DNA of 63,283 nt, filler included, from Dicyema japonicum (lineage: Eukaryota; Animalia; Dicyemida): assembly GCA_011109175.1 (NCBI GenBank). It is 7 parts of 7 records of this genome, joined end to end, with 100 filler letters (N's around TTAATTAATTAA, not from the genome) between each part and the next. Parts side by side here need not be neighbours in the genome. Positions count along the whole stretch, not along the records: positions 1 to 27,930 come from RDEW01000066.1; positions 28,031 to 30,839 come from RDEW01000352.1; positions 30,940 to 36,488 come from RDEW01000291.1; 4 more parts are not named here. One strand, written 5' to 3'. The translations under genes were made by a program, and so were the position numbers. Under the pieces are notes generated by a model. That model was not told where the DNA came from and did no database searches. It saw only the letters and a list, made by a program, of their open reading frames with translations. This document shows, in pieces, positions 22,370 to 34,379 of this stretch. How positions within the stretch are numbered: position 1 is the first letter of the stretch; each line of letters begins with the position of its first letter.

Positions 22370-22940
22370 ATGGAAGTTCAGTGCTATCGATGCCAAGGGT
22401 TTGGCCACATAGCATAATTCTGTAAAAATCAAGAGAAATGTCTATTCTGGAGACTAAATGCGAAGCATACGCATATGGGTGCGTGAAGTCAAATCAAGAT
22501 GGAAATTGTTTATTTGGGATTAAAAAATCTTAACATTTTCAATTTTAACGTCTGAAGAGCTTAACCACTTTCAGCAGCAAAGTGGTGATCGATTAGAATT
22601 ATTTGTTGTTTTCAAATGCCTTAAGTAGTTTTGTGACCGGCCTTATTGAAAATGATATGGGGAGTGACCATGTTCCGCAAACGATGAAAATTACAACGGG
22701 AACAGTTCTCTCAAAGATGTAAAGGAATTATAACGTCAATCCTGAAATAATCAAAAAATTACAAATAATGTTGCCACCAATCTAACAGCTATGTTAGATC
22801 CTTTAAAACTGCAATCGAAAAATCCAATTGCGAAGATTTTAAAATAATAATTCATGCNGTAAATTTTAACGTCCCTGAGAGACAAGATTCAAAATTTCCT
22901 GTCAATGAACTGCCATAAAGCAATAAAGCAAAAGATTATT
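22370..22940 (+). mobile_element. Degenerate I/Jockey-type LINE fragment (ORF1 zinc knuckle + APE endonuclease remnants)
   Basis: VQCYRCQGFGHIA.FC zinc knuckle; GDLNAKH and MGSDHVP APE motifs; deleted and interrupted. Confidence 0.7.
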
Positions 22941-23444
22941 TTTCGAGTTCTGATGTTGGTCATATGGGTCTTTTTATGGGAACTGCCTACTTTTGGTGAG
23001 GAAAACTATGTAGGAATGAAAAGAAATGAAGTTTTTTCATTTGATCGGGCAATTCAACATTTTTTAATTTTTTCGACATGATTAATTTTTATTGTATCTT
23101 TTTTATTTATGAATATTTATTTTACGAAAATTATTCACGAAAAATCAATGAAATTATAATGTAGGTTTATTGCTTAGAGCTCACCCATACAGTATTTCTG
23201 GGGTGGAGAACCTTTTAGTGAAGGTAACCATTCATGAAACATGCATCATCTAAAGGGCGCGAGAATTAAACCATTTTCTATCGAATTTTAATTTTTATGT
23301 GTCTAAAAAAGTTGTATTTGAAGTCGATAAAAGGGAATTAATTTGTATCTACAGTATTGTTTTAGATTTTAGCAAATATACTTTCAGTTCGATGATAGGA
23401 TAGTTACTAGTTTTTGGGTTGTCTTTTAAGTATTCAAAGAAACA

Positions 23445-23700
23445 ATATTTTATACAAGGAAACCAAACGGAGGAAGTACGCATTGTTTCCTGACGCATAC
23501 CAATTCGTCCCAATTGCCGTTGAGACGAGTGAAGTGCTCGCGCGGGGAAGAGGATTCTCTCGGTCATTGGAAGCTCATTGGAAGCAAGACCAGTGGACCG
23601 CGGGAAACCAGTTGGCTGTACCAGAGGGTATCGATAGCAAGATCTTGCGAGGTAATCGTTTGCTATCCGCGTGCAGCCACTGGGAATCCTAATTCCTTGG
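23445..23700 (+). mobile_element. CRE-like 3' end fragment
   Basis: ETKRRKYA..YQFVPIAVETS RLE C-terminus followed by an A-rich tail. Confidence 0.75.
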
Positions 23701-24243
23701 CTTAAATCATTAATTTATTCAAAAAAAAATTTTATTACAATCAATAGTGTTATATCGGGAATTTTTCCATGTAATGCTAAAAATAGAAATATTTTAGCAA
23801 TTAATATATTTTAAAATAGGAATCATAAATCTAATTTAGGAATTTAAACTTAATATAAAAGAAAAATAGCCGTTATTTTATATATTTGTCTATTTTCTAA
23901 ATGGTAAATTATTTGATAAATAAATTAATAATTCGACATTTTTTATTTAATTTCGACATGATACTCTTTTTGTATCTTTTTTTTTATGAAAATGTTTTTC
24001 GTATTTATATATTATTCTCAATGTTTATTTTGAATTTCAAGACTCAATCTAATCTAAGAGGTTTTTGGAATTTTTCTCAACTTTTCAAAATAAGACCACT
24101 TTGTCATGACAGCACACAATTAATTTTTCGCAAAGTAGCTCAATGGATGAGTATTTGATTTCTTATTAGAAATGATTTCGGACATTTGCTAAAACTGTTT
24201 ACCTTAAAATCACGCGAAAAATCCATTGACTTTTCGTGTAAAG

Positions 24244-24290
24244 CAGGGTGGCCAACCCGAGGCCCGCGGGCCGCATGCGGCCCGCGAGAG
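24244..24290. mobile_element. Single hAT terminus
   Basis: CAGGGTGGCCAACCCGAGGCCCGCGGGCCGCATGCGGCCCGCG is a typical hAT end with a palindromic GC core; preceded by the TA-centred 8-mer GTGTAAAG; partner end not found. Confidence 0.6.
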
Positions 24291-24856
24291 AAATTTTGTA
24301 TGTAGTTAACTATAAATACATTCAAGATAACACATAGTTTTATTTTTTTAACTTTTTATTAAGCACCATTTATCCGAAACATTTAATTTTAAATGTACTT
24401 AATTTATCGAAAATTAAATACGATAAATCATTCTCATGCTAGCAGTTATATTCTTTTCTTGTGTTGTGCATTTCTGTTTTAATTTGTATTTTATTTTCCT
24501 TGCCATGAATGTTTTATTTTATAATATTTTTATTTGTTTGAAGATTAATTAATTGAGTACTGGTATAATTTCTTGGATAAAGTTTATTTTACAGGTGAAT
24601 TTGTATTCATTTTATCAATTATATCTTCATACATATGGATTTTTAATTAAATTTATTTATTTCTTGTTTTTATTGTTTTTTTGATCTTTTTAGTATTTAT
24701 GTTATTTTTATGTTGTGGCCAGGTATTATTTATTATTTTTATAGTTTGTAGTTTATTGTAGTCAAATATGGATGTTGTAATCTTGATAATTTTAATAAAT
24801 AAAATGTCCTGTCCTTCTTGTATCTCGATCTCAACTGTGGAATGTTTTATAATAAA

Positions 24857-24930
24857 CTAGCTGGCCAGCTCGCTTCGCTCACGGCCATCTAGCTCCTGCG
24901 GAGGGCTTGAACCTCGCTTCGCTCGGTTAT
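24857..24930 (-). mobile_element. Helitron 3' terminus remnant
   Basis: Reverse complement reads GAGCTAGATGGCCGTGAGCGAAGCGAGCTGGCCAGCTAG|T, same family as the 10719 and 12077 ends. Confidence 0.75.
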
Positions 24931-24998
24931 TTTTTATGGAAAACTTAGGAATACAATTTTTTACAAAGACTTTTAAAATAAATTTTCAAACAAATATA

Positions 24999-25560
24999 CA
25001 GTCAAACCTCTCTATAGTGAACAAAATGTCCACGTCAAACATCGTTTCACTATTCTCTATAGTGAACAAAAAAATAGAACAAAGATTATTTAGAGATTTT
25101 ATTCGTAATCATGTAATCGGTGATTTTTTGAGAATGATTAGTTTTATAATTTCTTAAAATTTTTTGTATTTCGTATACTTTTCCTCTTTGTTCATAATCA
25201 TTCTCAAGAATCCATAATTCAAAGCGCTTCGCATATTCACTAGCTTCATAAGTGTCGGAACATGAATTTTTTCATCTTCCTCTTCCACATCGTCTTGCTT
25301 TTGTAGTTTTTCTCGAAAAGTTCTTGTATAAAAGTTTTCGTAGTCAATTTGATCATTTTCATTAATCAAAAAATTTTTCATCAATCTATTTCTTCTATTT
25401 CTGTCAGGTTGTATTAACGCATTTTCAAATGAAACATTGAAAATAAAGAGTAGATCAGCTGTGTGGTAATGTCTATTTTTATGATAAAATCGATTATTTC
25501 CTTCTTTTGAAAAAATGACAGGCGTTTTTCGATTTTGCACCATGCTAACATGTAAACGTG
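24999..25560 (-). mobile_element. 3' part of a pogo/Tigger-like transposon
   Basis: TA|CAGTCAAACCTCTCTATAGTGAAC TIR at 24999; upstream acidic C-terminal ORF (25154-25543) followed, after a frame break, by QKITDY (pogo-type C-terminal motif). Confidence 0.6.
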
Positions 25561-25599
25561 TAACTTATTCAGTTTAAAGAATTTTAAAGATTATACATC

Positions 25600-26760
25600 A
25601 ATTTTTGATTTTATGAATAAAAAATCCATGTTAAAGTAATTAATTAGCTTAATCTTCTCTTCTTGGGCCCATAATCCAGTGACCGTATGGGTGTGTTCTC
25701 GTCGAAGCACACTCACATTCTGAGGCTGCCCTTGGTTGACATTCCGTTTAGCTTTCTCCTCACTAGGTATCGATATACCATGCCTCTCTTCAGCTTGCAT
25801 GCTTTCCAATGTCTTCCTCAGAACCACTGTCTGAATATATGCTCTCACTCTTTCTTCCAGCTTGAGGAAATCAAGATGACCCTTGAAAAATCTTGAGACA
25901 ATTCCATCCCAGGTCATTACAACAGGGATTACTTTCACTTTTGCGTGATGAATTGCTTCAAGTTCATTTGCCAATAAGTCATATTTGTGGAACTTCTCAA
26001 CTTCGACCTGCTTAAGGCAATTTTGCGAAGTAACCCCAACTTCGACAAGAGTGATTGTATTCCTCACTTTGTCATGGACAAATATATCAGGTTTGTTATT
26101 CGCCACAGCTGTATCCGTACTAATCGTAGTATCCACACGAATCTCCACAAATTCATTGCTAACAACAGATTGAACTGAGTGTGTCTTTAGTCTCTTAGTT
26201 TTCCTTATTCCATATTGACGACAGAGATGTAAGTGAATACATCTGACTACTTCGTTATGCCGTCTGAGATATGAGCTATTCAGCATTCTCCCGCACACTA
26301 GTTGCAAGGTGATCAACTGTTTTTCTTGCCGAGTTACAATGCGTGCACTTATTTTCTCCATTATCAAAAAACATGTTGCGGTCCTGAAGTAGACACAGTC
26401 TCCCTTCAGTCATGGGGGAATGATTTCCATTAACCAACCATCCAGAAGATTCACAAACATTTACTTCCGTGTCTTTCAGACATTGAAATAAGATAGAGTG
26501 CATCTGCTTCTTTTCAATTTCTTTAAGCAGATATTCATGCTGTATTTCCATCAATGTCGACATTGTCAAATCCTTTGCAATCTCAATGTTGTACTTTCTG
26601 GAAATGAATTCTACGATAGTGGCCATGTGGGTTTTCTTTGAATTAATGACCGTAGAATTCCTTCTCTTCTCAGCAGTAATTTGCCTTATGTTCTAAGTCA
26701 TTATAAAATTGGAGGAGCATCCGCTCAGCTTTATTACTGACAGACTCCAGGCCTCTTCCA
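25600..26760 (-). mobile_element. 3' part of an R4/Dong-like RLE non-LTR retrotransposon
   Basis: CTHCNSARKTVDHLAT zinc knuckle, RRHNEVVRCIHL, and NNKPDIFVHD..LVEVGVT..EKFHKYDLLANEL (PD-(D/E)xK RLE). Confidence 0.85.
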
Positions 26761-27063
26761 AATTTATTTCTTGGTAGATAACAATTGGGTTGTAAATAAA
26801 ATAAAGTTTTTTTATTGATCATAAACTCATGATTGTTTTAGTTAGTTTTAATTTAGTAGCAAACCAAAAAAATTCAGACATGTGTGTACACGTGTGATTT
26901 ACGTTGTTATGCTTTCCATTATTTTTTTACTTTATTTTTTATTCGATTTGATTCAGAAGGAGTAATCTGTGATCAAATTTTCTTTTATTGATTAAATATT
27001 TGAAATTTCTCATATTTTTAATACATTTTGATGTGATTCTTTCAAACCAATTTATATAATATA

Positions 27064-27930
27064 CTAGCTGGCCAGCTCGCTTCGCTCACGGCATCCCGTC
27101 GCAAATTCATCTCAGAAAAAGTTTAAAAAATGCAGTTAATGTTGTGTTTGGATGGATTTTCGATTTGTTCAATACATTATCTTCAGTGGAAAATAAATTC
27201 GTTGACCATTCTCCAAATGAACATCCAGTGAACAACGGTAGAAATCTTTGATGGATTGGAAATCCAAATATCCTCCAGATTGCTTCATTGCTGCAGATAT
27301 ACCTTCCATTTTGATATTGGACAACTTCATCTTTATGTTTAATTTCGTTACTGCTTGATCTGTTCTTTATTTATGTATTTGCACACATATTTAATGGATT
27401 TACAGAATTGCAGTATTCTACATTTATATGTGCATTAATGTCTTGCTAAGGAAACTTGTTTTTGTACGGAACGATCCATCTGTTATCAATATCCAATTCA
27501 TATTTTGTTCCTTCCTTTATTTTCGATTGAAAACCACTTAGAAACAGGTCTTCTCCGATATTGGATTCATCAATTCCTGTCTGAGTTTCGCTTTAGAAAC
27601 GCTTTCGGGAATTTTTTAGTACATTTGTCATCTTCATACAGAGAATTAGATTCAAAGTTCCACATGGGCCATGTATCATTTGTTTTTTTAATAATTTCAA
27701 ATAAGCCAGGTCTTGATTGGGGTCAGGAAATTCTGCAATATAACTGGTCAATTTGGTTGGTCTTAATCTTGTCAACCAACCAAAGTAAGATGTGTGCATG
27801 TGGCAACTCTTTTTTGCCATTCTACGGAGTATATAGCATTTGATTTTCAAAACATTCTTTTTTTGTTAAGGTATCATTAATTTTAATTATTTTTTGTTGA
27901 AAAACTCTTGCAATTATATCATGCGATCCA
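27064..27930 (-). mobile_element. Internally deleted Helitron (Rep/HUH fragment joined to the 3' end); 5' part lost in gap
   Basis: Frameshifted YSVEWQKR.LPHAHILLWL, MIHGPCG and RYICSNEAIWRIFGFPIH..HLENGQRIYF; hairpin and CTAG end at 27064-27067. Confidence 0.88.
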
Positions 27931-28030
27931 NNNNNNNNNNNNNNNNNNNNNNNNNNNNNNNNNNNNNNNNNNNNTTAATTAATTAANNNNNNNNNNNNNN
28001 NNNNNNNNNNNNNNNNNNNNNNNNNNNNNN
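27931..28030. other. Artificial contig spacer (44N-TTAATTAATTAA-44N)
   Basis: Stop codons in all six frames; identical spacers at 30840-30939, 36489-36588, 50782-50881, 52698-52797 and 54233-54332. Confidence 0.97.
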
Positions 28031-29100
28031 AATTCATCGTATGCTAGTTGAGCCTGTGAACTATCGTAGTATGATACAATACGTTTTTTTGATGAAATTC
28101 ACATTCAAATTTGAGTGTGCTTATTATTCTGTTTAAATCATTGATTTTGGTATTGTGCTTATCTTCACAAAATTTAAAACTACGTGGTTAATAGTCATTT
28201 GAAAACAACTTTCTTCGTATCCAATATTCTTCATTCAATTTAGACTCATTCTAAATTCGGGATCATAATATAATCATTTTTACTTCTTTTTGAAGATCAT
28301 TGATTTTATCTCGCAATTTTCTTAACTCACGGCATAGGCGACTTTGGTCATTTTTCAGAATATCATTTTCCTACCAAGTTATGAGATTTCTATTACCTTT
28401 TCAAGTTCTTGATTTTTGAGTTTTAATCTTACATTTTGATATTTAAATTTATTTATCTTCGATTGGCTAGAATCATTTAAATCGACTTTATTAATTTCAC
28501 ATGAGTATTTTTCATCAGAAGTTATAGTTCTATAAATTCTAATTAATTTGATAACTTCATTTGTTTAATTTCAACAGGGAATCTTTTCAGTAACATTTCA
28601 AAGTGCCTGAATTTTGATTTTTTGTTTCTATATGTAAATGTTTAATTAAAGTTCAAAATTTTATTAAAATTCCTACATGAATTATATCGTAGCGTCGGTT
28701 AGTTTTGTATGAATCAAAACATTATCATCTAATAGTCTGCATGAATCAGGATTCTAGTTAGAACATTAAATTTCTAATAAACCTCTTTATGCCTTTCAAA
28801 TCCATTCATTGAACGATTATTACGATAATGATTGCTTTATAATCACCTCCATAGAAACTGTCTATAAAATCATCGAAATTTAATATTAATTACAAAATAA
28901 AGTGCACTTTAATCCTAATAATTCAAATGGCTCATCTGAATAATCTAGAATAGTTATCATATCACGAGTATATATCGAAACTGTTAAAAAATTGATTCAT
29001 AAAATAGTGATTATCAGTTTAACTATTGACTAATCGAATATTTTTTAAAAATTAATAATTCAATACATTTTTAACTCTTATTGATTTATTTTTTTGTAAG
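28031..29100 (-). CDS. Possible AT-rich host gene (coiled-coil-like) with mini-introns; unidentified
   Basis: Protein-like stretches (VSIYTRDMITILDYSDEPFEL, NNRSMNGFERHKE, LRKLRDKINDLQK) separated by short GT..AG segments and frame breaks; no family recognised. Confidence 0.3.
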
Positions 29101-29653
29101 TCTAACGATAAATTATACCATGTAAAATTAGAAACAGAAAATATAGTTCATATTAATTGGGAGATAACGCTGCTGCAAAAGGATTGCATTAAAATTGCCC
29201 CGGATAATGGAAAATGAAATTCTTTGTAATAGACAGCTGGTCTTGCGAGGGTCACAGGTCTTGGTGGAGATCCTGGCTCTTCGGCAAGTCAAACGACAAT
29301 TCCAGTTTGTCTCCTTTACCAAAATTTTGATATTCGACACCTATCTGCCTTTTCGATTTCGGACCTAGTGATTCCTGTTTATTTATTGTGTTAGATAGTG
29401 GTCTTGAAATCTTCTATATTTAAAATTTTTAGAATTATAATAAACTTTATTGGCCACATAGTGAAGACAGGATAACAGAATTCTCGAAAAACAGGGCAAT
29501 AAAATGTTACTAAATTTATTGGATAAATCGAGATGGCATTAACATGGATTCTTTGAAATTTATAATGACAAAAAGATTAATTTTTATACAAAGTTTTTTA
29601 ATTTTTAAAAAAAGGTTTATTTACTAATTTAGAGAGGTTGTCAAAGAAACATA

Positions 29654-30839
29654 GTGATGAATGATATGGATACATCTGAAATTGAGAGCGAAATTAGCTC
29701 GTCCAACGTGTCACAGTGGCTTAATAATAAAATGGCGACTTGTTATGATTTAATTACTGAATGCACAAGTTTTCTAAATTCTGAACCAGTTTCCATTATA
29801 AAAAATTCAAATTCAATTGAAGTAAAGAATTCATAGTAATTTAAATAGATTATTTTTAACTTCTCAACAAAATGAATGCATTAATAATATTATTAATCTT
29901 GGATATTTAAACGACATTAAATAAAGAAATTGAACCTGAAGATTCTGAAATACATTTGACGGAAGCATATTTGAAACTTTGAAGAGACTATACTGAAAAG
30001 GTATTTAAATTAAATATTTATTTATATTTTTAAGATGGCAAGGAATGTACACAATTCTTTAGGTCAGTTTAGCACAAATATAATCCCAAAAATAAAAGAA
30101 CACATGGATCACAATGAGAAGAAAAAATTGTAAAATTTAAATTGAAAGATTAAAGAATGCTGAAGAAAATTCAAAACTTGAAATACTCCAGCGCTTAGAG
30201 GAGATCGAAAAAGAGAGAAAGGATTTTAAGGTATCCAAATAAATTTTGTGGTTTAGTTAAATTATACAAATCGTTATAATGAAATATTATCTGATCATAA
30301 ATCAATGGTTGAGTCTATACATATTAGAAGAAATGAAGCAGCAATTAAAATTCAATCCTATGGCGAATGTACAAGTTAAAATTTATTAATTCCTTACAAA
30401 TAGAGTACGAAGGGAACATAAAAATGAAATTAAAAGAAAAGTCCAAATCTCAAAAAAAGTTACCAAAATGTTTTGAATTTATAAGAATGCAGATAAAGCT
30501 AAAGAATTGGAGTTTATAGAAGTCCGAAAACGACACGGAGCAGCTAAAACAATTTACAAATATTTGAAAAAATTAATTTCTCGAAAAAATTTAGATCGTT
30601 GTGGAAAAAATTACATTTCAAATGATCTCCAATCAAGTAATAACTAAAATATATTAATAATGAATTAGTGCCCAAATTGAAACTTTTAATGTGACCATGA
30701 AAGGTAAACTTGATTTTGTTAAACATTTAAGCGCTCTATTAAAAATCGAAATTGAAAGAGACGAAAAGAAATCCACTAATAATACTGTGAAATTAAAAAG
30801 ATTGCTTGAATCAAAAAAGAGTTTATTCGAATATAAAAT
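29654..30839 (+). CDS. AT-rich gene encoding an IQ-motif coiled-coil protein (IQCB1-like?), partial
   Basis: IQ motif RRNEAAIKIQSY(W)RMYK near 30325-30380 (needs +1 T) and a second IQ-like HGAAKTIYKYLKK. Short GT-AG introns near 30001-30034 and 30231-30256. Runs into the gap. Confidence 0.45.
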
Positions 30840-31149
30840 NNNNNNNNNNNNNNNNNNNNNNNNNNNNNNNNNNNNNNNNNNNNTTAATTAATTAANNNNN
30901 NNNNNNNNNNNNNNNNNNNNNNNNNNNNNNNNNNNNNNNTGCGGTGTGCTTAATAATAATAATCAAAGCAGAAAAATTGTCTTGATATTGTCGAATATTA
31001 TTGTAAAAATTTTATTAAATTAAGAAATAACTATAATTTTAATGAAAGTAATTAAAATGAACTATGGAACAATTTATCTCAATACAGGTATATAAATTAA
31101 CCGTATAAGACCAGAGGAAGACAGGAGAAACTTAATTAACCGTATAAGA

Positions 31150-31400
31150 CCCTGCTGACTAGACTCTGCTTCTGAGAAGGCTGAGAAAGATAAAAAATAT
31201 GTATGTCTTGGAGGACAATTCATCTTCGAACCAGTGGCAATCGAACAGACAGAATCATTGGAAGCAGGTCACTGAACCTGCTAAACAAGATCGGCTCGTT
31301 CATCGCGAAGAATAAAAACGATAGGAGAGAAAGAAGCTGGATCATTGAGCGCATTTCTTGATTTGTCAAAGGAAATGAGTTTTCAATTATGAGAGCAATT
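31150..31400 (+). mobile_element. Degenerate CRE-like 3' fragment
   Basis: SASEKAE..KKYVCLGGQFIFEPVAIE motif equivalent to the RLE C-terminus. Confidence 0.65.
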
Positions 31401-31739
31401 GCTAACTTAGTTTTTGAGCTTAAATAAAATTGGTTAAGAGCCTGCTAGTATATTAATAAAAATTTTTCAGTAACGATTGATGTGAAATTGAGAAGTATCT
31501 GATATCTAGATTTTATTTTAATAAGTTTTTTTATTACAAAAATAGAAAAAACAACATATTTTTTCCACGCATATATAACTATTTGAAAAATGTCCTTCTA
31601 ATGATTATCTATTCAGAAAAGGTTTGCATTGTAAATATTATCTAAAACCGAATTTTTTAATCTGAACACGTTTTTAATTAGATTATTCTATATTTTAGTA
31701 AAGTTGCTTTTTTCATATTTAAAAAGAATTTTTTCTATT

Positions 31740-31830
31740 TTTCATAGTCAAAAATGGTCAATATTTTTGAATTTTTTAAAGTCAATTTTAGGTCATAATT
31801 TCGGATTTATAAAGTCAAAAAATCGCCCTA
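31740..31830. mobile_element. Terminal fragment of the TAGGG-type hAT family
   Basis: (A/G)GTCAA subterminal repeats ending GCCCTA, like 20340-20452. Confidence 0.55.
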
Positions 31831-32646
31831 CTGATGACCTTTAAGGCAATTTGCTTACTTTGCCTTACGTCAGAAAGAGCAAAAATAAGCGGACAAACCC
31901 CACGATATTTGGTTTGTTTCCGCTCGCAGTTGAAACATGTTAACCAACACGCTCGAATTCCTGGACTGCTAGGGAGTTGGATTTTTAACGCACCGGAGAT
32001 CTACGCGCTCGCTACTGGATATTGAAGAAGTTCTCAAGTGCGGCCCTAGGCCCGACAATCTTTAAAATAAATTTTATATTAAAATTAATTGTAAAGAAAT
32101 ATTATTAAAGATTATATTTTAATTACTTAAAAATATTTTTTTAGAATTTTGAAAGATTTTTATGCAGTAAACTCTCCCAAATTTGCCATTTTTGGTTCCG
32201 GCATTTTTTGCAGCAAATATGGGAAATGGCAAATTTCGGAATTAAATCAATAATTTTAAAATAGTTATTGGGAAACTTCTCGTTGATGAAAATACTAAAT
32301 TTAAGTTTTATTACTTTATTTAAAAATAAACGACTAAATTCTATCGAAATAAAATTCTTTTGACATTTCGAATATTTTCTTTAAATCTTCTAATACAGAT
32401 GTCAGAGGATATTGGGAGTGACATTTGACATATACCTTTGTCATCTATTAATGCTGAAATATAGAGGTTATTATTATGAATATTAATTACAATGAAATTA
32501 GTATATTTATTCCCTTCACATCCGAAAACCTTTACAATCAGAAAGCCATCAAAATTTTTTTGTCGAGGGTTTAATTTATTGAGGGTTTAATTTATTTTTA
32601 ATTAAATTAAAATTGTAATTTTATTTAAATAAATAAATAAAATAAA

Positions 32647-32870
32647 ACAGGTACATTTTCGCACCTGTCGCGATTGAAACTTCGGGGAACTTTGGCCCTA
32701 AAACGCTGAAGTTCCTGAATCATCTTGGAAAACTACTATCCGACAAAACTGGTGATCTTCGTGAGACGAGATGGCTCAAGGAAAGGCTCTCGTTGGCTGT
32801 TGTCCGTGGGAATAGCTTATGCATCTCCCAACAGCTGAATAATTAAAATTAACTATTCTTTTTCCTTAAT
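32647..32870 (+). mobile_element. 5'-truncated CRE-like insertion
   Basis: PVAIETSGNFGPKTLKFLNHLGKLL..RLSLAVVRGNS; candidate 11-bp TSD AATAAAATAAA (32636-32646, 32871-32881), low complexity. Confidence 0.8.
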
Positions 32871-33719
32871 AATAAAATAAATAAGCGCATTTTAAGTGAA
32901 TAATCTAAAGATTTAATATAACTGCTTCACGTTAGAAGACTGTGGACGTACAGTAAACTCTCCCAAAAACTCTTACGCTCACGAATGGGTTCTGGTTGAC
33001 AAGAACTGCTATTTATATATGTTGTCACATTTGACTACTAGGAAATGTCTTTGAAAACAAATCACTAACCCTGTTGAACCGAGTTGGATCGATTATTATG
33101 AGGACGAAAAGGGTAAACGAGAAATGAGCTGACTTGTTTCGTCCATTTAACAATTATGTGTATGTCTACAAGGCTCCATATTATACATGGCCCTTAGACG
33201 TAGTTTCCACTTGTCATTCCCGCCTCTGCAGAGCAATCATTATTATGACTCACGAAAGTGCTATGATTTTTAAATTTCTATTTATCTTATAATAATTTAA
33301 TATTTCAAAATTTTAATTTTACTATTAAAAAACAAAAAATTAATTTCCTCCATACAAAATATTTACTCTGTGGTTTACAAATTCTCCCCTTCCCGTGATC
33401 GAGTTAAGATTCCACACAAAAATAACTCAAAATAATACTTTTAGTGTAAACACCCAATCTTCTTAAAGGCGCCGCAGCAAATAAAGTATGGAAGGCAATA
33501 TCAAGAGCATCAGTGATATTTCTGGGGGGAGAATCATTAATTCTGTAAGTGAGATGAATATATTTACGCTTTAGATAACCTATCCATAACCGAGCTCTGA
33601 GAAGGTCCAATACAGAATATGCTTTTTATGAATATACTCGCGTTAGCGTCTAATTTGATCATCTTAGCAAAGCCTGATTCAAGACCGAGGATTATGACTT
33701 CCTGTAATATAAAAATTCA

Positions 33720-34230
33720 AAACCGTCCTTTGTGAGCGACCTAGCATGTACGTCCTAAGCTTGGTCGCAAAGTTGGTCAGCGATATGCTGTGTCGATATT
33801 CTTCAAAATATTGATTTTTTTTAATTATAACGTCAACTTGCCATAATTTACGGATATGTTGTATAAATCTATAATTTCACGTGCTACTCCGGCCATTGAA
33901 ACAGTGAAAAACGGTGTGATTTGAAATATTCTACAGCAAGGTTGTTCGCCATCAGAAATTATTAAAAATTACATTGAAGAAGATTATTGTCCATGACGGT
34001 ATCGGAGACAATTATGGCAGATTTGGGATACTCAAATGCTATTATTGCATTAGTCGTCATTTGTAATTATTACTCAATCATTTTTAATTTTGTTTACAGG
34101 GTTTTCAGATTTATTTTAATCGAAATATAAAAGTTAATTTTAATATAAAATTTGTTTTTTAATATTCGCATTTTAATAATTTGATTTTTTACTTTATTTT
34201 TTTCGGACCAAGATCGTCCACAAAAAGACT
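33720..34230 (+). mobile_element. Possible eroded Mutator-like (MULE) transposase fragment
   Basis: SETIMADLGYSNAIIAL resembles the MULE PxTIMxDFE motif; weak. Confidence 0.3.
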
Positions 34231-34379
34231 CACACCCAACATAAAGAAAATGAAATGAAGAGCATTACTTGGTTCTCCTAGTTAGGATAGCTTTTCCTAC
34301 TTGAATAGAGTGTGTCGTGTGTGGGATGTTATATAGCTATATTGCTCTTCGATAAGCGCAGGATTTATTAGTGATTGAT

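Noticed and set aside
27975-27986. Recurrent palindromic TTAATTAATTAA as a biological motif
   Set aside because: Always centred in exactly 44N+44N; an all-frame-stop assembly linker.
32950-33290. Possible small gene with short introns (WVLVDKNCYL, lectin-like)
   Set aside because: Single weak motif and inconsistent frames.
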